Shown here in pieces: positions 11,154 to 20,112 of a stretch of 64,000 nt of DNA (within the stretch, counting starts at the first letter, position 1; each line of letters opens with the position of its first letter). The DNA is taken from positions 62,970 to 126,969 of the IMG/VR virus record IMGVR_UViG_3300027754_005988, one strand, 5' to 3'. The translations under genes and the position numbers were made by a program. The notes beneath the pieces were generated by a model. It was not told the DNA's origin and made no database searches. It saw only the letters and a list, made by a program, of their open reading frames with translations. The DNA is from a virus.

Positions 11154-11513
11154 ATGAGTTGTAATTGTAAAAAAGAAAATAATAAAATAGAAAATAATGA
11201 AGAAACTAATATAATAACAACAATATTTAAACACTTTTTAAATTTTTTTATTTTTGCTATTTCATTAATGTTTTCTCCTGTTGCATTGGTTGGATATGTG
11301 ATAGTTATGTTTAGAGTTATCGTTTTGAATAAAAACGTTGATATCCTTAGTTTAACTACCAATTTTATTTCTAATTATAGGAAATATAAAGAAATTAAAT
11401 CACTTGAAGATAGTGATGATGAAGATGATGACTATGATTATTCTGAATTAGAGGTAGATGCTGATGATTACGAAATGGTTGATGTTGAAGTTATAACAAA
11501 AGAGACAAAATAA
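11154..11513 (+). CDS. Small membrane protein with N-terminal CxC and acidic tail
   Basis: MSCNCKK start; hydrophobic FLNFFIFAISLMFSPVALVGYVIVMF; D/E-rich C-terminus. Confidence 0.75.
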   Translation: MSCNCKKENNKIENNEETNIITTIFKHFLNFFIFAISLMFSPVALVGYVIVMFRVIVLNKNVDILSLTTNFISNYRKYKEIKSLEDSDDEDDDYDYSELEVDADDYEMVDVEVITKETK

Positions 11514-11517
11514 ATAT

Positions 11518-14500
11518 ATGTCAAAAACAGTAAGAATTAGAACATCACCAAATGGTGATGACCAATATATTAAAGTTAAATTAGAACAAGATTTTGATTT
11601 TATTGAAATATTATCATTAAAGATTTCACAAGAAGATACATATCTTAAATTTTGTTCTGATTATGGTGTTGTTGTAGGAAGAGTTAATGTTAATGGTGGT
11701 TTTGGTGTTCCTAATGCTAAAGTTAGTGTTTTTATACCACTGGATGATAACGATAAAAATAATCCAGATATAAGCAATATATATCCGTATGAGATTATAA
11801 CAGATAAAACTGATGAAGGTATTAGGTATAATTTATTACCAAAAGATGGTAATCCAAATGATATATGCTCAACACCAGTAGGTACATTCCCAAATAAAAG
11901 AGAAGTACTGGATAACCCAACAATGTTGGAGATTTATCAAAAATATTATAAATTCACAACTACAACAAATTTTGCTGGTGACTTTATGTTATTTGGTGTG
12001 CCACTTGGAACACATATAATACATGTTGATGCTGATTTATCTGATATTGGTTTGATATCACAAAAACCATATGATTTTATTGAGCAAGGTAGCCCAGAAA
12101 ATTTGTTTGAAAGTCCTACCAAGTTTAAAAAAGATATTAATTTAGATAAATTACCACAGATAAAATCATTTAATATCGGTGTTAATGTTGAGCCTTTTTG
12201 GGGTGATGTTGATAATTGTGAAATAGGTATTACTAGGTTAGACATACCATTAAATTATACAGTGGCCCCATCTGCAATCTTTATGGGTAATATTTTTGGT
12301 GACCAAGCGCAAAGTAAAGCTAAAATCAAAAGAAATTGTAAACCTAGTAATAAATTGGGGTATATATGTGACCAAGTAACCAATAGTGGTACTATTGAGA
12401 TGATTAGAAAAACAATAACTGGAGATATTGAAAGATTCGATATTGGAAATGTTATTGATGAAGATGGTTCATGGGCTTGTCAAATACCAATGAATTTAGA
12501 TTATGTTATAACTGATGAAACTGGTAAGTTCATTTATTCACAAGACCCAAATATAGGCATTCCAACAAGAGCTAGTGTTAGATTTAGAATAGGTATGGAT
12601 GACGCTGGTGGTTCAGCTAGATTAGCAACAAGGGCAAAATATTTGATACCTAATAATCCTTATAATAAAAATGAGATAGATTATAATTTTGGACCAGAAA
12701 GCAATGAATTTAAAGCAACAAAAGATTCTAGTTTTAAAGAATTATTCTGGAATAAAATATATACTGTTTCAAACTACATACCTAGATTTCAAAATAATTC
12801 AATAATAAAAAATGATTTTATTACTGGCATCAAAAATGTTGATGGTTGTGTAGGTGATAAAACACCATTCCCATATAATAGAGTTTCATCACAATATAAC
12901 CTTTTATTTGTTTTCATTTGTTTTTTAGTGTTATTATTAGAAGCTTTAATTGGTGTCGTTAACCTTATAATTACTGCAATTAATGAAACCATTATATTTT
13001 ATATTAATTTTGTTATAATTGGGTTTATAAATTTAATTTTTTCGTTTATTTCTTTTCTTGGGGTACCAAAGATTGAAATCCCTCCAATACCTTATATATC
13101 TTGTATAAGTGTTAAATGTCCTAATGGAGACCCAGATGCTTTGAATTGTGCTCCTGGATGTGTTCCTGGTAGTCATGGGTATAATAAATTAAAAGCAACG
13201 TTAGGTACCATAGCGACTACACCATCAGCATTAAGTGATTGTATGGCTTTTCAATTGGCTAAATCATTTGGTGTATATGAGTTATCTTTTTATAATGACT
13301 GGGTAAACGGTAGTCTTTATAGTTTTTTATTACAATACAAAAAAAGAAACTCATTAAAAAATAGATTAGGTTCTGAAACTTTTTGTGAATATGATTGTTC
13401 TGAATTTGTTAATGATGAAAATTACACAGGTGTTAAAGCTAATAAAAATGGACAACCAGATAACAAATGTTCATATAATTATTTAGCTGATACAATGTTA
13501 ACAACCGACACAGAAACAATAGACGTACGATTATCAGGTGAAACATCTGATGCAATTAGAGAAGGGTTAGTTAAAAAAGTTGGTAATGAGTATATTTATG
13601 CTGCAACAACACATGATGCTAAATATAAATTATTTGCTACTGATATAGTATGTTTAGGTTCTATTTCTAATTATGATTGGCAAGGTATTCCAAAAATAAA
13701 CGATTTATTGGTACCAACAACTTATAAAATTTCACCAGACGTTCCAGATATTATAGATGGTGTTACCGATGTGAGTGGCGTTGTTAATATAGTTAAAAAT
13801 ACTCAAATGTTTAGTGGTATACTTGGTGGTGGTGTAGACACTCCTTTTGTCTTTTTCGATATAAATTGTCTAGGTGTATTTATACCATATAAAGGTGGTT
13901 TAAATTTAAGGCATCAATGTGAATTTGGTGTTGATATTGACCAAACAACGCTAAAGTCAGATAACACAACACTACCACCAAATGGTATACTTGGTGCTGA
14001 TGATATAGATGATGATAATGGTAAATATTTTAGAGACATTTTTCTTGTTTTAAATAGATTAAAAGATATTCCAAAACCATTTCCTATAATTAAAAGTGGT
14101 GGTCAATCAAGTATAACTAGTAATTTTAATTTAAACAATTCACCAACAGCTAACTTTACATCATATGCTGATAATGGTGTTGATTATATTAATTTTAGAC
14201 ATTATTCTGTAAATGGTGTATTAGTAGGTAGTGACAAATTTGGTCAGACACAACATTCATTTTATTTTTACTTTGGTGTTAAGCCAGGTAAAACAGCGTT
14301 AGATAAAATGAATTCAAAATACTTTACTAAGTGTATTAAAGAAAAAATAGATGAATTTACCATTCAAGCATCAACAACTCCAACTGCTAAAAACGCAAAG
14401 ACTGGTACTATAATGTTTAATTTTATTGGTGGTGCATCTCCAATAAAATATACAGTAACTGGACCTAATACAGTAAAAAAAGGTGTTACACAACCAAACG

Positions 14501-15639
14501 CATCTATATTCATAGATTCATTAGGCGTTGGTGAATACAAAATAGAAGGTGTTGATTCACTTGGTGTTGTTGTTGTTAAAATTCTTAATATATATGGTCC
14601 AAACCCTTTATCTGCTTTAGTTCAAGTAACATCAAATGCGTCAACTGTTGTTAGTTCGGATGGTGAGATAACAATAGAAGCAATATCTAATGGTGTTCAA
14701 CCTTACACATATACACTTAAAAACTCTTCTGGTACTATAGTAGCAGGTCCTTCAACTGCAACACCTCCAGTAGTATTAGGTGGTTTGGTTAAAGATGCAC
14801 CAATTGGTTATACTATGCAAATAAAAGATAGTGCTAATGAAACAATAACAATATCAAAATTGGTTTTAATTGGTATTTCAGAACAATTAAGCGCTAAAAT
14901 TGATAAAAAGGATACAACATGTTACGATGGTAAAGATGGTACAATCACTATATCAAATAATGGCGGTAAACCACCATATACTTTCAAAACAGTTGGGCCA
15001 AATGGTTATGTTAATACTAGTAATCTATTAGAAGGTTTAGGTATAGGTACTTATACTACAACATTAACTGATAGTAGTAAAACTCCAGTAACTTTAGTGT
15101 ACAATACAGTAATTAATTCAGTTAACCCAAAAATGACATTAAGAGCTGGTTCTACTGCTGAGTTGAAAAAACAATGTAGTAATACAATGCATAAGATAAC
15201 TGTTTATTTAGAGTATTCATTTGGAGCTCCAAATGTGGCTAATTTAGAATACAGAACATCTAATGGTAGTTGGGTTACTTTACCGCCACTTACTTACGTT
15301 AATAAAGATACTAAGTTAGAATTTGACATACCGTCAGTTTTGGTTAATAATGATTTAGTACTTAGGTCTAAAATGTATCCTCAATTATGCTATAGTAATG
15401 AATTATCAATAAACAAATCTAGCATTACATTACCTACAGCTAATTTAACTGGTAATATAACCACAACAAATGGCACTGGAGCGTATAAAGGAAAATACAA
15501 ACAGGATATTAGAGTAGTTGGTGGGTTTAGCTCATATACTGGAAGTCCATATGGGCCAGGTATTACATATACAGATGCTAAATCAATAACAACAACAATA
15601 ACTGATAATGTTGGATGTACTGTAACACTTAAATCATAA
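11518..15639 (+). CDS. Large putative baseplate/tail protein with internal hydrophobic segment and C-terminal SprB-like repeats
   Basis: 1373 aa in the baseplate operon; ~55-aa hydrophobic stretch; three S/C-x-x-x-DG-x-I-T...GG-x-x-PYT-type repeats. Confidence 0.75.
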   Translation: MSKTVRIRTSPNGDDQYIKVKLEQDFDFIEILSLKISQEDTYLKFCSDYGVVVGRVNVNGGFGVPNAKVSVFIPLDDNDKNNPDISNIYPYEIITDKTDEGIRYNLLPKDGNPNDICSTPVGTFPNKREVLDNPTMLEIYQKYYKFTTTTNFAGDFMLFGVPLGTHIIHVDADLSDIGLISQKPYDFIEQGSPENLFESPTKFKKDINLDKLPQIKSFNIGVNVEPFWGDVDNCEIGITRLDIPLNYTVAPSAIFMGNIFGDQAQSKAKIKRNCKPSNKLGYICDQVTNSGTIEMIRKTITGDIERFDIGNVIDEDGSWACQIPMNLDYVITDETGKFIYSQDPNIGIPTRASVRFRIGMDDAGGSARLATRAKYLIPNNPYNKNEIDYNFGPESNEFKATKDSSFKELFWNKIYTVSNYIPRFQNNSIIKNDFITGIKNVDGCVGDKTPFPYNRVSSQYNLLFVFICFLVLLLEALIGVVNLIITAINETIIFYINFVIIGFINLIFSFISFLGVPKIEIPPIPYISCISVKCPNGDPDALNCAPGCVPGSHGYNKLKATLGTIATTPSALSDCMAFQLAKSFGVYELSFYNDWVNGSLYSFLLQYKKRNSLKNRLGSETFCEYDCSEFVNDENYTGVKANKNGQPDNKCSYNYLADTMLTTDTETIDVRLSGETSDAIREGLVKKVGNEYIYAATTHDAKYKLFATDIVCLGSISNYDWQGIPKINDLLVPTTYKISPDVPDIIDGVTDVSGVVNIVKNTQMFSGILGGGVDTPFVFFDINCLGVFIPYKGGLNLRHQCEFGVDIDQTTLKSDNTTLPPNGILGADDIDDDNGKYFRDIFLVLNRLKDIPKPFPIIKSGGQSSITSNFNLNNSPTANFTSYADNGVDYINFRHYSVNGVLVGSDKFGQTQHSFYFYFGVKPGKTALDKMNSKYFTKCIKEKIDEFTIQASTTPTAKNAKTGTIMFNFIGGASPIKYTVTGPNTVKKGVTQPNASIFIDSLGVGEYKIEGVDSLGVVVVKILNIYGPNPLSALVQVTSNASTVVSSDGEITIEAISNGVQPYTYTLKNSSGTIVAGPSTATPPVVLGGLVKDAPIGYTMQIKDSANETITISKLVLIGISEQLSAKIDKKDTTCYDGKDGTITISNNGGKPPYTFKTVGPNGYVNTSNLLEGLGIGTYTTTLTDSSKTPVTLVYNTVINSVNPKMTLRAGSTAELKKQCSNTMHKITVYLEYSFGAPNVANLEYRTSNGSWVTLPPLTYVNKDTKLEFDIPSVLVNNDLVLRSKMYPQLCYSNELSINKSSITLPTANLTGNITTTNGTGAYKGKYKQDIRVVGGFSSYTGSPYGPGITYTDAKSITTTITDNVGCTVTLKS

Positions 15640-17423
15640 TGGCTACTTATAGAACTAAACAAAAATTAAATTCAGAGGTTTCTAAACAATCGGTAAATAC
15701 TGATACATTTTTAAAAATTAAAATGGATGGTAAAGAAAAACTTTTGCCATACGATTCTATTAATGAAATTGTAAATGTAGGTGAACAATTTAATATTGAA
15801 AGACAAAACAGTAAATTTTATAGGATATTAGGAACTATTAATTTAACTGTTTCAAATGTATTATTTAATTTAAGTAATATAACTAATAGAAATTTTAGAA
15901 CTTGGAGTGGGTTTAACGATATTCTTTTTTTAGATACAGATAAACCTAGAGATTATGCTACTACTAGTTCGACTGATTATAATTATAATGAATCAATTAC
16001 TAACAACTTAAAAGAATTGAATGGTTGGTTTGGTTTTTATAATAATTTTTCATGGGAAACTATGGTTACCACATATGATAATGTGTTTTATGATATGGAA
16101 CCACAAAGAAGTAGATTTTCATTCATACCAGATAAAGCATCATTTAATAATAGTAAAACACCAGTTAAAAATTGGGAATTAACAATAACATACCCACATC
16201 ATTCAGATAAAAATCATGAAATGGTTAAGGGTGGTTTATTAATAATAGACACATTACCAGCAATTGTTGCAACAAAATCTATGACTGCTTTCGGAATGGC
16301 TTGTTTACATAATTTATCTATAGGGGATACCATTAAAATAACTGGAACAACTGGTTATGATGGAATACACACTGTAATTAGAACGGGTTTAGATGATGGT
16401 AGTTTTAAAGGTTATTATTTTGTATTGGATTTACCAACTACTGGTTTAATTGGTGGTACATCTAGAATTAAGAAAATAATAGCTGGTAATGAATCAGAAT
16501 ATTATTTTAGAGTGTTTAAAAAAATAAAAACTAGGTCCGCTTCAACAATTGAAGTTGATGATTACGAAACATATAAATTAGCTTTTAGTGAAAACATATA
16601 TGCTGATAATATTTGTCAATATGTTTTTAATGAAGATATTGATGTAACTGATTTAGTTGATAATTTAGGTAGACCATTAAGTGAATTATACGTAACAAAG
16701 GTTAAAACTAGTAGTGATTCATTATTTAGAAAAGTATCTTCTGGTATTGAAACACCATTTATGGCTAGACTTAAAAAAAGCAAAACAATTCCATATCTTA
16801 TAAATGTACCAGCTATTAATATGATACATAATGGAGGTAACACCCCTTTCCCTACACATAAACCATTGGAGAGTCAATTAAATATTTATGGTGAATACTT
16901 TTATGGTGATTTGGTTGAGTATAATACGTATGAAGTTAAGGAAACTATTTTAGCTAATATAGCGCATAGATTTAATACTGTAAACAGAGAATCTACATCT
17001 AGCTTAACTTACTTAGACACAAAAGGTTTTTCACCAACAACTAAAACAATCGATTTAGGACCAAGACAGGAAGGATATTTTTATTATCCGCATCAATTGG
17101 TTAGAATAAGAGAGTTTTCTTCTTATATTGAACAAGGTGATGAAAAAACAGAAGGTGTACCTAGTTATGCTGTTAATATTGGTGACAATACATATTTATG
17201 GAGAGACTTATTGGACATAGGGTATAATCAAAGTGATGAAACCGCATTAAATTATCCATTTTTAAATGGGTGTCATTATATGTATCAGAATGAAAATTTT
17301 TTAGTTAGAAGACAAGACCCATTTAATAATTGGGAATTATATTATAATAAATTTCCATCTGACCCGATAGGTGATAGAATTTCAGATAAAAACTCATTTA
17401 ATTCAGAAGAAGATGTTTGCTAA
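15639..17423 (+). CDS. Putative virion structural protein (594 aa)
   Basis: TAATG-coupled to the upstream gene; T/S/G/N-rich composition typical of tail proteins. Confidence 0.7.
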   Translation: MATYRTKQKLNSEVSKQSVNTDTFLKIKMDGKEKLLPYDSINEIVNVGEQFNIERQNSKFYRILGTINLTVSNVLFNLSNITNRNFRTWSGFNDILFLDTDKPRDYATTSSTDYNYNESITNNLKELNGWFGFYNNFSWETMVTTYDNVFYDMEPQRSRFSFIPDKASFNNSKTPVKNWELTITYPHHSDKNHEMVKGGLLIIDTLPAIVATKSMTAFGMACLHNLSIGDTIKITGTTGYDGIHTVIRTGLDDGSFKGYYFVLDLPTTGLIGGTSRIKKIIAGNESEYYFRVFKKIKTRSASTIEVDDYETYKLAFSENIYADNICQYVFNEDIDVTDLVDNLGRPLSELYVTKVKTSSDSLFRKVSSGIETPFMARLKKSKTIPYLINVPAINMIHNGGNTPFPTHKPLESQLNIYGEYFYGDLVEYNTYEVKETILANIAHRFNTVNRESTSSLTYLDTKGFSPTTKTIDLGPRQEGYFYYPHQLVRIREFSSYIEQGDEKTEGVPSYAVNIGDNTYLWRDLLDIGYNQSDETALNYPFLNGCHYMYQNENFLVRRQDPFNNWELYYNKFPSDPIGDRISDKNSFNSEEDVC

Positions 17424-18228
17424 TCAAGTTCAAATAAATTTAACAACACTTGGTAGTGGTGCAACAGCTACTACAATAAACATACCTATCACAATGGAAT
17501 ACCAATTGGTTGACCAAACTGATATAATAAATACTGTTTTTGTTGATAGTGAAGTTAAAAAAGCAATAAACCCAATAATTGATAATGAAAAAACTAGATT
17601 TTTACCTATAAACAAAATAGGTGAAACTATTAATAAAATAACATATCAATTGAACTTAAATGGTAAATTGACATATGCGGATATTGGATTCACTGATAAT
17701 GATATAAAATTTAATGTTGAAAGTTTTAAACAAACATTTCTTAATTTAGCTTTTTATGATTCAGATAATCAGTTAACACAAAATCTAATTAGCTTTATTA
17801 CAATATATCCAACATTAACAAGTATGGATTTATATCAAGCTGGTGAGAACGGTCCACTTGGACAACCAAAACCAGCAAGTCAAATATTTTTAACATTTGT
17901 TGTTGAGAACCCAATAATTAACCCAAGAGGTAATAGTCAAGGTTATCATATTTATGATTATAAAGATGATGTGACATTAAGTGGGGCCCCAAAAGAATTA
18001 TATATGAGGGGCACATTTAAAAACGCTAAAACAGGTAAATCAACTAATTTAATGGTTAATAATAAAGCATTACCTATAGATGATTTAATAAATAATTTAC
18101 ATACTAAGTATATATTGGTTAAAAAGAATAATGGGTTTTATTATACTATTGATAATACTTATTCAAAAAACATATCATACATAACAAATAATGTAATTGT
18201 TAAATTATATGAAATATTAGCGCTATAA
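17413..18228 (+). CDS. Putative virion structural protein (start re-assigned to MFANQV)
   Basis: ATG at 17413 overlaps the upstream stop by 11 nt; same frame as track ORF 17371. Confidence 0.7.
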   Translation: MFANQVQINLTTLGSGATATTINIPITMEYQLVDQTDIINTVFVDSEVKKAINPIIDNEKTRFLPINKIGETINKITYQLNLNGKLTYADIGFTDNDIKFNVESFKQTFLNLAFYDSDNQLTQNLISFITIYPTLTSMDLYQAGENGPLGQPKPASQIFLTFVVENPIINPRGNSQGYHIYDYKDDVTLSGAPKELYMRGTFKNAKTGKSTNLMVNNKALPIDDLINNLHTKYILVKKNNGFYYTIDNTYSKNISYITNNVIVKLYEILAL

Positions 18229-19106
18229 TGGATACAATAAATAGAAAAATATTACTAGAGGATAGTATTGACAGAACATATAATAGCCCAACATGGGGAA
18301 CTATTACTGCAACTACATTTTATTTAAAAATTAATATAAATCAAAATGTTGATGATATGGGAATGTTCACTAATATTGAATATTTTCCAGATAATAAAGT
18401 AACGTCAACTAAAGCTGATTATACTGTATTGGTTAATAAATTAAGCGCTAGTGGTATAACATTTCCATTTATGAATGGTGCAACGTCACCAACAATGACA
18501 GGTATAACTGGTACGACAAAACTTGTATTAAGAATGCCATCTAGCGTTGAGTCTGATTATTACGTCTTTGGAAATTTAGTTATAACTGGTTTCACTGATA
18601 GTAAAATAGAAGATGTTACATCATATAGTTCGATAAACACACATAGGATTGGTTTTAATACTAATACCGATACATATGTAAATTATTTAGGTAACACTAT
18701 AAATGGTGTCGATAGGATTAAAAACACTAGTGAACCAACTGTTTATGTTTTTGATACACCTAACGATGTTAATTTAGGTACAAGCAATCAAAAATATGGG
18801 TTACAATATTCTGATTATACAGGAAAAACAAGAGTAGTTTTAATAGATAATGTTGAAACTTCAATACCAGAAACTGATTTTAGGTTTATCGGTGAAGGTT
18901 TTAATCAAACAAATGTGTCATTATCAGCATTAACAAAAGAAGAATATTTATTTGGTATAATTTCTTTACCAGAAGTAGAAAGTGACGTATTTATAGATAG
19001 AGGTTTAACAAGTGTTATGGATATGCATTTAAGGATGTCTGAAATAAAAAATTTAGATGAATTAGCTAAATACGGTAACGGATTCTATAATTTAAATAAA
19101 CAATAA
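18228..19106 (+). CDS. Putative virion structural protein (292 aa)
   Basis: TAATG coupling; in the structural operon. Confidence 0.7.
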   Translation: MDTINRKILLEDSIDRTYNSPTWGTITATTFYLKININQNVDDMGMFTNIEYFPDNKVTSTKADYTVLVNKLSASGITFPFMNGATSPTMTGITGTTKLVLRMPSSVESDYYVFGNLVITGFTDSKIEDVTSYSSINTHRIGFNTNTDTYVNYLGNTINGVDRIKNTSEPTVYVFDTPNDVNLGTSNQKYGLQYSDYTGKTRVVLIDNVETSIPETDFRFIGEGFNQTNVSLSALTKEEYLFGIISLPEVESDVFIDRGLTSVMDMHLRMSEIKNLDELAKYGNGFYNLNKQ

Positions 19107-19181
19107 AATATACTTTGTTAAAAATAAGGCTATATTAATAAAAATAGACAATAACAATATAAAAATTAATAAACGAATAAA

Positions 19182-20105
19182 ATGGCAACTGGTACATATG
19201 GTGTAGTTCGTGGGGCAGATATTAGCCCAGATGATGTAGAGATATTTTATCATTACACACCATCAAGAGATAAGGTAGGTAATAATACGTTAATAAAATT
19301 AGACCCTAATGAAGTATTAATAAAAATTGATAACCCAAATAAAACACAATCTGGGGTGTCATCATTTGAGATATTTGGTGGGATGTATACGCTTAAATTA
19401 CCTGTAGCTACTTTTGGTGTTAAAGGATTTTATACTATAATGATAAAACCAGTTGAAATTAGAACAAAAATTGTTGATTGTGGTGTGCTTTCGGCATATC
19501 CAGATATCAAGGGTATTTTATTCGATATTTCAACAATACCTACTAATTTTACTAATAAATTTGAAAATAATGGATTGGTTGGATATAGAATTGAATATCT
19601 AAACAGTGAGGCAACTGCTACTGATGCTAAAATTAATAATTTTTTTAGAATTATTACATCAAATAACAGAGCAGAACCAGTTAATGAAAATTTAACAAAT
19701 AGCAATCAAAAATCTATTCGTTATAGATTTAATGATAACTCATCACTTACCTATTGTACTGTATCGCCTAGTTCAGCCCCAAATGTTAAACCAAATGCTT
19801 TACCATTTATCGGTCAACCTAATCAACAAGTTATAATTACCAACACCTTTTTTAACCCAATAATGATTGAAGTTGAAATGGTACAATATGACGTTGAGAC
19901 ACTTGCATTTGGAATACTTGGAAATCAAACTAAATCAATTGAAGATGGTATTTATACAATATATAACTTTAATAATGATATTTATAAACAATATAACTTA
20001 TACGAAATAAAAGACCAATTTACTGGTAAACCATTATTCGAAGTTAGAGAAGAAAGAAATAGTATTGATTTTTCTAAAGCATTTACAAATATCACAAATA
20101 TATAA
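19182..20105 (+). CDS. Putative baseplate protein (307 aa)
   Basis: Structural operon context; beta-rich composition. Confidence 0.68.
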   Translation: MATGTYGVVRGADISPDDVEIFYHYTPSRDKVGNNTLIKLDPNEVLIKIDNPNKTQSGVSSFEIFGGMYTLKLPVATFGVKGFYTIMIKPVEIRTKIVDCGVLSAYPDIKGILFDISTIPTNFTNKFENNGLVGYRIEYLNSEATATDAKINNFFRIITSNNRAEPVNENLTNSNQKSIRYRFNDNSSLTYCTVSPSSAPNVKPNALPFIGQPNQQVIITNTFFNPIMIEVEMVQYDVETLAFGILGNQTKSIEDGIYTIYNFNNDIYKQYNLYEIKDQFTGKPLFEVREERNSIDFSKAFTNITNI

Positions 20106-20112
20106 TTAAAAA

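Noticed and set aside
19091-19098. TATACTTTG upstream of ORF 19182 as an early promoter
   Set aside because: Does not fit TAnnTTTG register and has no correctly spaced -33 element.
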